DNA of 64,000 bases from a virus (lineage: Duplodnaviria; Heunggongvirae; Uroviricota; Caudoviricetes): IMG/VR virus record IMGVR_UViG_3300044796_000394; one strand, 5' to 3'. The first letter of the stretch is position 1, and every line of letters starts with the position of its first letter. Positions 1 through 8,992 of the stretch are shown here, piece after piece. Under the pieces are notes generated by a model, which saw only the letters and a program-made list of their open reading frames with translations, ran no database searches and was not told the DNA's origin. Made by a program: the position numbers and the translations under genes.

Positions 1-1058
1 CATATGGCTTCATTTTGCATTAACGGAAACTGCGACAAAAAATAATATAAATTAACGTCTTCTTGATATGTTATTTCTAATAAGAACACGCCGGAGAGCT
101 CTTCCGATACTCCAAAATGAGTGGCTATTATACGTGTAGGTAATCCGTTTTGAGACATACCAATAATTATTGGTATGTCTTCATCTTTAATCTTTCTAAC
201 ATACTCTCTTGTTATTTTTTCTTTAATAATTAGCTTATATTTCATACTTTCGGGTATGTTAATATTCTGCCATTCATCAAGAAATCTATCTCTATTCTCA
301 GGGTTAAAGCATATTCTATTTGATCCCTTGTTGTTCATAGCATACAAAGAACATTTCAGATTTTTATTAAGAATACAAACAATTTGACATAATTGTTCAT
401 AACCAAAGCCTTTATTGCTGATGATGGGCGAACAATCGTTTCTGGTACCATCATCCAAATACCAAATTAACAGACCCAACGAATCTAATTGCTCTATTAG
501 TTCATACGGTATAGTATCTTTATCCTTTGACTTACCACTATAAAATTTGGTTCTTAATTCGGTAAAAATTGGATGAGAAGGTGTGATAATTGTTGGCTTT
601 TTTACCCAAATTTTTTCACCTTTTCTTTCAACCAAAGCATTTGATTCAAAATAATTAGGTTTAAATATTTCGAATCTATCTTTCTTCCAAAGAACATAAT
701 CACGTTGTTTGAAACCATGAGATTCACTAAAGATAAAATGTATGGCGTTTCCACCTCTCTTAATACACCCATCACCTAATATACTCCCAATTAATACCTG
801 CTTAACTTCATTGGACAAATCATCAAACTTTAAACTATGATCTAATTTGTGATATTTTGTTCTATCAACAAAAGTTTCAGCCAACTGACCTTGTCTTACT
901 TTACATGCAAGAGTTTTTTTAATCTTTAACTTACAACATTGCGTCAAGATAGAACCTAGACTTCTATGTGGTAAAAGTTTTTGAATCTCTTTTGTTAAAA
1001 AATCCTTACCAACTTGTTTCAACAAATCGGTTTCCTCATTTGTCCATTTTTTACCCAT
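1..1058 (-). CDS. Free-standing LAGLIDADG homing endonuclease, runs off the left edge of the window (not in the ORF track)
   Basis: Manual translation from ATG at 1058 gives MGKKWTNEETDLLK...QVLIGSILGDGCI...SLGLLIWYLDDG...IPESMKYKL. It has two LAGLIDADG_2-type motifs and stays open to the window edge. Confidence 0.85.
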   Translation of the reverse strand, partial: MGKKWTNEETDLLKQVGKDFLTKEIQKLLPHRSLGSILTQCCKLKIKKTLACKVRQGQLAETFVDRTKYHKLDHSLKFDDLSNEVKQVLIGSILGDGCIKRGGNAIHFIFSESHGFKQRDYVLWKKDRFEIFKPNYFESNALVERKGEKIWVKKPTIITPSHPIFTELRTKFYSGKSKDKDTIPYELIEQLDSLGLLIWYLDDGTRNDCSPIISNKGFGYEQLCQIVCILNKNLKCSLYAMNNKGSNRICFNPENRDRFLDEWQNINIPESMKYKLIIKEKITREYVRKIKDEDIPIIIGMSQNGLPTRIIATHFGVSEELSGVFLLEITYQEDVNLYYFLSQFPLMQNEAI

Positions 1059-1072
1059 AAAAATCCTTAATC

Positions 1073-2983
1073 TCAATTGTCATAACTAATAGTATCGCCA
1101 TTTGAAACGTCTTCAAAAGCAATATTGGTTTTTGTAGGCAAAAATGGCGAATTTTCATAGACGCTATTATTCGTGGTTTTGTGCTGACCTTCTTCGGCAT
1201 CTTCATAACAATAAACACCCCAAACTTGTTGCTTTTGTTCATCATAAAAAATGCCCATATCGGTATTATTTGATCCCCAATGTTGAACTTTCTTGTCAGC
1301 ATTAAAGGCATCTAGTTTTCTATACCAAAAACTTTTTGGTAATCTGCCGGTAATCTCACTAAGAATTTTCTTGGTTTCTTGATCACCTTCTTTTCGTTTT
1401 CGTTTTTCGCCATGCTTGTATGTCATATACAATTTGGTTAATTTGTCTATTTGTTCAACTTCGACCTTAATAACTTTGGCTGAAGTAATTTTAGATTCCC
1501 ACACTTCTGCTTCATATCCACCATTTGGTGTAATATAACTTACAGCCCTTTTGGCTTTAGTTTGAAATTTTTGAACTCGTGCATGCTTGGGAAGTGATCC
1601 ATCAAATTTGTAATTATCGATATACTCCTTCATTCCAACACAAGAAACAATCTTGGATTTATGTCGACCATATCCACACATTCTTCCGTAAAGTGCTTGT
1701 GTAATGGCTGCTATGTTTGATTTGCCTTTCGTTAAACTAAAAGAAGAAGCATCTAATGCTAATCTAATTTCAGGAGGAAGCGTCCACGAGCATTGAAGAA
1801 CATCTACAACTACCAAACAATACGATTTAGTAGGAATCGAAGGGAGTTTTTTTGTTAAACTGGTGTTCAAATGCTTGGGTCCATAATGCCTAATAACCTC
1901 TAAACCCAAACTAGTCATGTAATCCGCTGCCACATCGGCGGCTTCAATACAACTCCATCGACTTACATTGTGTTGTTCAAAATATTTTCCCTGATGGAAA
2001 AATTCTACTAAAGATCTAACTTTATTTTTGTCAATTTCACTGCCACTACGACCTGAATGATATTTGAAATTTGAAGGAATGCATTCTTCAATAATTACAT
2101 CTTCCTCTATGTAATTTTGATCACAAGGCATCTTTCTGCCGCAAATTGTTGATGGACCGACATAACCCAGAGCCAAATTCAACAATATTTCTTCCCACAA
2201 ATATTTCTTACTAGAAAAAAGTTGTTCAAAAGGCGTTGCCGATACAGTTAACATAGAAACAGCGGCATTCAATTCCATTTTTTCCAAAATTTTTCTTGAA
2301 AACAACCCTCCAACTTCCGTACCCCAATGAGACTCATCTGAAATTATTAAAATCGGTGATTTTTCAGTAGCTTGTTCAATATACTCATCTATTTCTTCCG
2401 CAAAATCTTTTCCTTTATTTAATCTACTAGCGATGACGTCACGACTATAATCTCTCACAGACGCCGTGTAAGCATATTGATCAATTCTATCCTTAATTTG
2501 TTTTTCCAAATCAGTTTTTCCATTCATGGAAATAATGATAATTCGACCACCTATCTTACCTTCATTTTCCCATTTCTTTAACATGATTTCGGCAACAACC
2601 AAAAAAACGCCAGTTTTACCAACTTGGAATGGTGCTGTAATTGATATGAACTTTTTACCTTCATTAAACGCCTTCACCACTCTACATGCTGCTTCTACTT
2701 GTGTTTTATAAGCTGGCATATTAGCAAAACGTCCCGTTCTCAACATTAATTTTTCTGCTTTTTGTAAATCATCCTTAAACATTCGGGAATCTGGTGTTGC
2801 CAAACACATCTCGCTAAATCTTCTTTTAGCGTAAGTCTCTTTTTTCATAGACTCGGTCAAAAACTTTTCTCCTAAAAACCAATCAGTACGATCATCACCA
2901 CCTAAATTAATTTTCAACAAATTTTGAATGGTTTCTCGTTTTTCAAAAATATTATAAGCAATCTCATCTTGTTTAAGCATCAT
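1073..2983 (-). CDS. SF2 helicase-like P-loop ATPase (resembles restriction-associated/Z1-type ATPases)
   Basis: Motifs are APFQVGKTG (Walker A), IISDESH (Walker B), VSATP (motif III) and QALYGRMCGY (motif VI-like). The start is placed at ATG 2983 (AAGGA upstream) because the track's TTG at 3040 lies in a promoter-like element. Confidence 0.7.
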   Translation of the reverse strand: MMLKQDEIAYNIFEKRETIQNLLKINLGGDDRTDWFLGEKFLTESMKKETYAKRRFSEMCLATPDSRMFKDDLQKAEKLMLRTGRFANMPAYKTQVEAACRVVKAFNEGKKFISITAPFQVGKTGVFLVVAEIMLKKWENEGKIGGRIIIISMNGKTDLEKQIKDRIDQYAYTASVRDYSRDVIASRLNKGKDFAEEIDEYIEQATEKSPILIISDESHWGTEVGGLFSRKILEKMELNAAVSMLTVSATPFEQLFSSKKYLWEEILLNLALGYVGPSTICGRKMPCDQNYIEEDVIIEECIPSNFKYHSGRSGSEIDKNKVRSLVEFFHQGKYFEQHNVSRWSCIEAADVAADYMTSLGLEVIRHYGPKHLNTSLTKKLPSIPTKSYCLVVVDVLQCSWTLPPEIRLALDASSFSLTKGKSNIAAITQALYGRMCGYGRHKSKIVSCVGMKEYIDNYKFDGSLPKHARVQKFQTKAKRAVSYITPNGGYEAEVWESKITSAKVIKVEVEQIDKLTKLYMTYKHGEKRKRKEGDQETKKILSEITGRLPKSFWYRKLDAFNADKKVQHWGSNNTDMGIFYDEQKQQVWGVYCYEDAEEGQHKTTNNSVYENSPFLPTKTNIAFEDVSNGDTISYDN

Positions 2984-3012
2984 TGCGTCCTTAAAAACGG
3001 TTTCTTGTGTGT

Positions 3013-3040
3013 AGTATAGTTCCTTAAAAACAATTTTCAA
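3013..3040 (-). promoter_or_regulatory. sigma70-like promoter
   Basis: Minus strand reads TTGAAA-N16-TATACT, about 30 nt upstream of ATG 2983. Confidence 0.45.
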
Positions 3041-3079
3041 TGCTCATTTGAATTTACTAATAAAAATTATAACTACGAT

Positions 3080-3643
3080 ATGGCAAAAGTTTTAGAGTTA
3101 TTCCACGGCACCCCTACTGATTTCAATACCTTCACCGTCGATAAGGTCGGTAATGGTCACGATCAAGAGGGGCCGGGCATATACTTAACAAACAACAGAC
3201 AAGATGCCCTTTACTACATGCGTGGCAAGGGCTTTCTTTTTACACTTAAAGTTACTTTGAATAAGGTTGTTCCACTGAAGGGTAAAGTCAACAGAGCACA
3301 AGTCATCAAGTTGATGAAAGCGGCTCCCAACCTAAATGACACACTTGAAAATTGGGACGAAAATCCACATCGGGCATTTTTGACCGCATTAGACGGCATG
3401 TTAAACAACGAAACACCCCATCAGGTGTTTCAAAGCGTCTGGTATGATTTTTACAAGAATACACCACAGAACTACGTAACCAACATGTATAGCATGTTAG
3501 GATACGATGGTGTGATTATACCCAAGCCTCAAAAAGTTGGAATGTTCCCTTCTAGCTTCGGCATGAAGAATCTCATCCACGTGATCGTATTCAATCCGCA
3601 CTCAATTCAGATTATTAACAAAGAAGCATTGATTGTAAGTTAA
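3080..3643 (+). CDS. ADP-ribosyltransferase-fold protein (ART-PolyVal-like)
   Basis: The pattern LFHGT...F..F...GPGIYLT...A..Y, GYDGVI and VIVFNPHSIQ matches H-Y-type ART domains found in phage proteins. Confidence 0.65.
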   Translation: MAKVLELFHGTPTDFNTFTVDKVGNGHDQEGPGIYLTNNRQDALYYMRGKGFLFTLKVTLNKVVPLKGKVNRAQVIKLMKAAPNLNDTLENWDENPHRAFLTALDGMLNNETPHQVFQSVWYDFYKNTPQNYVTNMYSMLGYDGVIIPKPQKVGMFPSSFGMKNLIHVIVFNPHSIQIINKEALIVS

Positions 3644-3654
3644 TAACCATATTA

Positions 3655-4452
3655 TTAAGTTTTTCTGACAGACTCACTCAATCGCCTTTCTATTAATTTA
3701 CAATACTCATTACTGATTTCCGATCCAAAATAAACCCTATTCAATGATAGTGCGACCTTGGCAGTTGTTCCGCTTCCCATGAATGGATCGTACACCCAAT
3801 CCTCTTCATTACTCCAACTAATCATATGGTCACGACAAAGGGACTCTGGGAAAATCGCTGGATGTTCGTGGGCAATCATTTCCTCTGCCACGCTACCACC
3901 CGACACCACGTAACTCCAAACATTCTGTAATTTGACTTGATCGTTAACCTTGACTTCTTTTTCCGTGAACACCCCGGCCTTGTTTCTGGTAATTGGCCGA
4001 GTTCTAACAGTTCTCTTATCATTCCATTTATTACGGCGTGGCTCAACGATTGGATTGAAGGTTTTCGGCGATCCTTTGGATATTATGAAGTTGTACTCAA
4101 AGGCTTGGTAATAGCGATTAGTTCCACCCACGGGAGGCGGGTTGTCCTTCATGTAAATCATCGTATCATGGATGTTGAACCCAATCTCTTTGAAGTAAAG
4201 GGCTTGCTTGAAACTCGTTAACGTTTCACTGCCGTCAACAGTAGCGTCATTGACAATCCATACGATTACACCACCACTTTTGACGGTGCGATAAAGTTCC
4301 TTGGCGATATTCTCAAAGTCAAACGAATACCCCTTATAATCTCTTAGATTATCGTAAGGTGGACTCGTAATCACTAAGTCAATAAAATCGTCTGGCGTAT
4401 TCTTGAGGGTAGCTAAGCAATTTTCATTATAGATACTGTTCGGCTGAATCAT
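3655..4452 (-). CDS. DNA methyltransferase, N4-cytosine/N6-adenine beta class
   Basis: N-terminal catalytic TSPPY, an HPAIFP motif and C-terminal SAM-binding DPFMGSGTT. Confidence 0.92.
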   Translation of the reverse strand: MIQPNSIYNENCLATLKNTPDDFIDLVITSPPYDNLRDYKGYSFDFENIAKELYRTVKSGGVIVWIVNDATVDGSETLTSFKQALYFKEIGFNIHDTMIYMKDNPPPVGGTNRYYQAFEYNFIISKGSPKTFNPIVEPRRNKWNDKRTVRTRPITRNKAGVFTEKEVKVNDQVKLQNVWSYVVSGGSVAEEMIAHEHPAIFPESLCRDHMISWSNEEDWVYDPFMGSGTTAKVALSLNRVYFGSEISNEYCKLIERRLSESVRKT

Positions 4453-4712
4453 AGAATCTCAAAGCAATTTTCCGGTACAAAAAAGATGTAATCCGGGTAA
4501 TCTTCATCCCCTTGATTGAGTAGGATGTTAACAAATCTCATCGACTTGGCTTTTTTCCCACTTTTGACGTTTCTTTCGTCGCTGAACCGGACTTCTTTAA
4601 CATCAAAGATTTCGCCTTCATCAAATTCCCACTCTTGCTCATCATTATACAGAATGCCGTAACATTCCAGACGTACGAGTAAACTGATCGTTTTCGTGAA
4701 TTTGATTTGCAT
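4449..4712 (-). CDS. hypothetical protein
   Basis: 87-aa ORF in a tightly packed co-directional run, overlapping the next gene by 4 nt. Confidence 0.6.
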   Translation of the reverse strand: MQIKFTKTISLLVRLECYGILYNDEQEWEFDEGEIFDVKEVRFSDERNVKSGKKAKSMRFVNILLNQGDEDYPDYIFFVPENCFEIL

Positions 4713-4719
4713 GAATTAT

Positions 4720-5151
4720 TTATTCAATGATGTGTTTTTGTTGAGGAAATTTCCCGCCGGTACGACCTGCTCCGATTTCCGAGGCATCGTGGATGTGAAG
4801 CGTATAAATACCGTGTGCGAGACGTTTCGGATCTGGTTCAGCAGAAAACCACATCTTTTTATCGGGGGCACAATCCATAAGAACGATAACAGTATCACCA
4901 TAATCTTTAGGAATAGTTCGCTGGATTAACTGTTTGCTTGCTTCGTCTTCTATGAAAATTGTATAACCGCTTCCACTCGACATAAGACGCCCAATATTTT
5001 CCACCTTTTCAGGCTGAAAGGGTGGATAGTTCATTGTGCAGTTCGTACAACATAACCCAAATAAAGCAAACAATAATATTGCCACCGAAATCAAAATTGG
5101 TGTTTGAAAAATCAAATAGAAGCGTTTCAAAATTCTCATCACTTCTCCCAA
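4720..5151 (-). CDS. hypothetical membrane-anchored protein
   Basis: N-terminal hydrophobic stretch ILISVAILLFALFGLCC. Confidence 0.55.
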   Translation of the reverse strand: MGEVMRILKRFYLIFQTPILISVAILLFALFGLCCTNCTMNYPPFQPEKVENIGRLMSSGSGYTIFIEDEASKQLIQRTIPKDYGDTVIVLMDCAPDKKMWFSAEPDPKRLAHGIYTLHIHDASEIGAGRTGGKFPQQKHIIE

Positions 5152-5825
5152 TTATACCGCCAAATTGGAACATTCGGCGGATAGTTGCCGTTATAAAAAT
5201 CTTCTTCACCCAAGTAATCAAAGATGGCAATTAACGCTTCTTTACGTGCGATGAAAGTATACTTTCTGCTATAAGGCATACCCGGATTGGAATCGCCTAT
5301 AGCTATCCGCATATTTCGCCAAAAATTCCAAAGCTCTTCTGACTCACCTTTAATTGTTTTGAATGTCTCTATTCTATCATTTTCTAATCCCGAATCAATT
5401 CTGGATTGGATATAAATGTTGAAATGATATGCGAATTGCTCTCTATCTATCGCCGTAAAAGCATTGACATAAAAGTTAAAGTGATTTGGATTAGGATATT
5501 TCCAATAAATGGCATTACGTCGCCTCATATCGGCAAAGTCGTAAACCGTATAAGAGTAATCATCATCATCTGTCAATTCATGTTTTTTGAATACTTCCTT
5601 AAGAGCTATCTTCAATCTCTTAACTTCGAAAGATTGTTCGTTGAGATACTTCTGTGGTTGTCCACCAGCAACCATATTTTCATAGGTTGTAGTCCACGGA
5701 GCAGGCAATTCGTAAATTGTGTTGTATGGACAATCTTGTTGTAAAAAAGATTCCGCCAAAGCGTAATCTTGTGGTGTTGGTTGCAAAAGGAATATAAACA
5801 AAAACGTATTTAAAAATGAAAACAT
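5139..5825 (-). CDS. hypothetical exported protein
   Basis: Signal-like N-terminus. The C-terminus reads RKEAL...LGEEDFYNGNYPPNVPIWRY. Confidence 0.6.
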   Translation of the reverse strand: MFSFLNTFLFIFLLQPTPQDYALAESFLQQDCPYNTIYELPAPWTTTYENMVAGGQPQKYLNEQSFEVKRLKIALKEVFKKHELTDDDDYSYTVYDFADMRRRNAIYWKYPNPNHFNFYVNAFTAIDREQFAYHFNIYIQSRIDSGLENDRIETFKTIKGESEELWNFWRNMRIAIGDSNPGMPYSRKYTFIARKEALIAIFDYLGEEDFYNGNYPPNVPIWRYNWEK

Positions 5826-5828
5826 AGA

Positions 5829-6245
5829 TTATTTAGCTGAGTCGATCTTTTTCCGCATTGCATTCACAGTAGGTACAAGACTGACGAACCCTTTATTGTT
5901 TTGGTGTCTTTCAAGGAATAACTTAGTTTTAGCGGCATCAATGCCAAAATCATTAACTATATCTGCGTATTCGCCCAACAAACTAGCAACTTCATCGGAA
6001 GATGCTGCTTCAAATCCTATCACTTGAAGAATCTTATAGTTCTTAATTGTACAGGTATTGCCGTGAAAACACGACAACATACAACTAACAATCTCTTCTT
6101 CATTCAGAAGTTCGAGATAATAAATCTTGGTTTTATCTGTCAACTGCTTTGCTACAACGCCCAAGTCCGTTGATAGACAATGAAGTTTGTAATTGAGCAG
6201 ATCAGATGGATCTTGTTTTCCATCAACCAATACATAAACTTTCAT
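5829..6245 (-). CDS. hypothetical protein
   Basis: 138-aa ORF in a packed gene run. Confidence 0.6.
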   Translation of the reverse strand: MKVYVLVDGKQDPSDLLNYKLHCLSTDLGVVAKQLTDKTKIYYLELLNEEEIVSCMLSCFHGNTCTIKNYKILQVIGFEAASSDEVASLLGEYADIVNDFGIDAAKTKLFLERHQNNKGFVSLVPTVNAMRKKIDSAK

Positions 6246-6247
6246 AA

Positions 6248-6592
6248 TTAACTTTCACTTTCTATGATTTCATCATAAGTTGGATATTTGTGTTCTAACC
6301 ACTTCATGTTACAATAATCGTAAATTTTTGCATCTTTCGGGATTGTATAAGAACAATGAAGATCCTTAATGGGAACGCCACGATAAGAAAAGATTGCCGG
6401 TTCATAAAATGGTCGCATTGCTTCAATGAAATCTTTTCGACATTGATGTTGCATTTCATATCGGAGGATGTCTTCTATTTCACCCGGCGTAATTGGATTA
6501 CCCCTTTGACTTCTAAAAACCCCCAAAATAAATTCTGGGCTTTCTACATCGGGGTTAAATAGTACATCATTAGACGTAAGTTGTCGCTTCAT
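6248..6592 (-). CDS. hypothetical protein
   Basis: Start moved to ATG 6592 (MKRQLT), which abuts the upstream stop at 6594. Confidence 0.55.
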   Translation of the reverse strand: MKRQLTSNDVLFNPDVESPEFILGVFRSQRGNPITPGEIEDILRYEMQHQCRKDFIEAMRPFYEPAIFSYRGVPIKDLHCSYTIPKDAKIYDYCNMKWLEHKYPTYDEIIESES

Positions 6593-6593
6593 G

Positions 6594-6974
6594 TTAACAT
6601 CCACCATCATCCAATTCCCATGTTTCCAAAATGACACAATCTTTGTTGATGCGACATCCCCAATCACCCTTGTAATCTTTCCAGTTAATTACTTGTCCCA
6701 TTTTATCCAAACTGTCGATCAAAGCATCTAACGCTATCTGTTGATGCGGCGTACAATCTCGACTGAAAAATTTGGTGTAATGCGACAATGGGCCAAATGA
6801 CGGATTGATTTCAAAACAAAAAGAACGAAATACACTGTCTGGCAAAGAAAAAATCTTGTGACGTTCATCATATTTAAAATGCGTAAAAATGAACCCTTCC
6901 ATTGGTGCATTGCTGTACTTAGACTTAGTCTTAGGGATCATTGGAAGAACAGAGCCAACGGGCATCATTTTCAT
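6594..6974 (-). CDS. hypothetical protein
   Basis: ATG 6974 overlaps the upstream stop (TAATG). Confidence 0.55.
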   Translation of the reverse strand: MKMMPVGSVLPMIPKTKSKYSNAPMEGFIFTHFKYDERHKIFSLPDSVFRSFCFEINPSFGPLSHYTKFFSRDCTPHQQIALDALIDSLDKMGQVINWKDYKGDWGCRINKDCVILETWELDDGGC

Positions 6975-7288
6975 TAGACAGCTCCGAACGCACAATTTTT
7001 AACTATTGCTTCTTTTATTGCGTCACTTGTAGAATGTATCCGATAAGTTCGGAATGTTCCACTAAGATTTTTTTGCCGACTTTTGCCCTCACCGACCAAA
7101 ACACGACCCCAAATGAAACAATGGTTGTCTATTCCATTGATCACTTTATCTTCTTGATTGAGCCAAGCGATTACACTTCTGCCGCTGTCCCCTACTTTAT
7201 CAACCACGCCGTAAGGAATATCGACAAAAATTTCATCGAGATTGCTGATCTTGCCAGCATCATCAAATTTGATTATAGGAAGACTCAT
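6974..7288 (-). CDS. hypothetical protein
   Basis: 104-aa ORF directly downstream of the PLP enzyme. Confidence 0.55.
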   Translation of the reverse strand: MSLPIIKFDDAGKISNLDEIFVDIPYGVVDKVGDSGRSVIAWLNQEDKVINGIDNHCFIWGRVLVGEGKSRQKNLSGTFRTYRIHSTSDAIKEAIVKNCAFGAV

Positions 7289-7289
7289 G

Positions 7290-8519
7290 TTACACCTTTT
7301 CTAATGCTTGTTCAATGTCCCAAATAATGTCATCGTGATTTTCCAATCCGACTGAGAATCGGATCATCTTATCCGTAATCCCCATCTTAACTTGCTCTTC
7401 TTGCGGAATAGCCGAGTGAGTCATGGAGTATGGGTGTTCGGCAAGCGATTCCGTACTGCCAAGGCTTACGGCCAACTTCGCCAACTTCAAACTGTTAAGG
7501 AACCTGAAACATTCCGCCTCGCCACCTTTGATGTCAAAGGAAATCATTGCCCCACCGGAAGTGTACTGGTTCTTCCAAATTTCAAATTGTTGTCCCGTTG
7601 AATATCCGAGAAAATACACTTTTTCAACTTTAGCGTGTCCTAACAGGAAACCGGCAACGTGTTCAGCATTCTTGGCTTGTGCTTCCATTCTGATCTTTAA
7701 CGTTTCCAAGCTTCGCATCATCATCCAAGCCGTCCAAGGATTTGCCATACTTCCCAAGTGGGATCGCAACTTGCGTACAGGTGCCATCATCGCCTTGCTG
7801 CTGCATACGGAACCGGCAACTAGGTCTGAGTGCCCGCCGATGTACTTGGTAGCAGAATAAAGCGAGTAATCAGCGCCATGCTTGAGCGGCTGTGACCACA
7901 ATGGCCCCATGTACGTATTGTCTACGGCGACAAGTGCCCCGTATTTGTCTGCGATCCGCTTGGCCATCCGAATGTCGTACAGAGTGTTTGTGGGGTTCGC
8001 TGGCGTCTCTACGAAAACCATCTTTGGATAAACAGCTCCCTTGTAGTTTTCCAGCATACTAATAATTTCTTTTTCCGTCTGATCGGGCCAATAGCCGATA
8101 GACTGAATGCCCAAATTCTTCAAGTAATGTTTAATGAAGAAGTGAGTTGCGCCGTACAGGGGATTGCTGTAAAGAACAAGATCGCCCGGTTTGAGGTTGG
8201 CGAGCATAACTGTGGAAATTGCTGCCATACCGCTTTCAAAGGATGCGCAGGCTTCGGCACCGTCCCAAATGGCCAATCTTCCTTCAAGGATTTCCAAGTC
8301 GGGATTGTTCATCCGACTGTAAATCAACCCGGTGGATGATGTGGGGGCTTTGCGACCGCACTGAATGTCAAAGAACTCTTTGCCTTTTTCGGCTGAGTCA
8401 AACACGAAAGTGGAAGTTAAGAAGACTGGAGGCTTGACGGCACCCTCTGACCACGCAGGGTTATAGCCGTGGCTCATCATCAAACTTTCAGGGTGAAATG
8501 CATGTGTCATTGAAGTCAC
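7290..8519 (-). CDS. PLP-dependent trans-sulfuration enzyme (methionine gamma-lyase / cystathionine gamma-synthase family)
   Basis: Motifs PPVFLTSTF, YSRMNNP, SGMAAI, ETPANPT, VDNT, SATKYIGGHSD (PLP lysine), AVSLGSTESL and RFSVGLE. Confidence 0.93.
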   Translation of the reverse strand: MTSMTHAFHPESLMMSHGYNPAWSEGAVKPPVFLTSTFVFDSAEKGKEFFDIQCGRKAPTSSTGLIYSRMNNPDLEILEGRLAIWDGAEACASFESGMAAISTVMLANLKPGDLVLYSNPLYGATHFFIKHYLKNLGIQSIGYWPDQTEKEIISMLENYKGAVYPKMVFVETPANPTNTLYDIRMAKRIADKYGALVAVDNTYMGPLWSQPLKHGADYSLYSATKYIGGHSDLVAGSVCSSKAMMAPVRKLRSHLGSMANPWTAWMMMRSLETLKIRMEAQAKNAEHVAGFLLGHAKVEKVYFLGYSTGQQFEIWKNQYTSGGAMISFDIKGGEAECFRFLNSLKLAKLAVSLGSTESLAEHPYSMTHSAIPQEEQVKMGITDKMIRFSVGLENHDDIIWDIEQALEKV

Positions 8520-8992
8520 TTTAATTGAGAATTTAGAAAATTATTAAAATCTGTTTGCGTATAATTAGCAATCCAAGTATAAAAAATACCGCCCAAGATA
8601 ATACAGCCCAAAAAACCAAATATGAAACATTTTATGAAACGTTTAATCCAATGAGGTTTTGGATTTGGATTATTTGTATGGTCTAAATACTTTTTTAAAA
8701 ACCCCGACTTCATACCGTATTGCTCTATAACCAATGAACCTTTTCCACTCAAAGACCAATTGACAAAAGATGCCAATTGGTTCTTACGATACAATTCTTC
8801 AAATGTTAATATTGCTGGTGTTGGCGGCGGGCCATTATAATGAATTAAGTTATATTGTTCAAGGAGTGATTTCGCTTGTTCAATTACTTGATATTCATAT
8901 TTTCCTTGCTCTAAAGCATTTGATGGGTGCCCATAAACAGGCTCTTTTGCAAGAGAAATCAATATTTCTTCGGCGCAACCTAGTAAACTCAT
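8516..8992 (-). CDS. hypothetical protein with C-terminal transmembrane helix
   Basis: Hydrophobic segment CFIFGFLGCIILGGIFYTWI. Confidence 0.55.
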   Translation of the reverse strand: MSLLGCAEEILISLAKEPVYGHPSNALEQGKYEYQVIEQAKSLLEQYNLIHYNGPPPTPAILTFEELYRKNQLASFVNWSLSGKGSLVIEQYGMKSGFLKKYLDHTNNPNPKPHWIKRFIKCFIFGFLGCIILGGIFYTWIANYTQTDFNNFLNSQLK

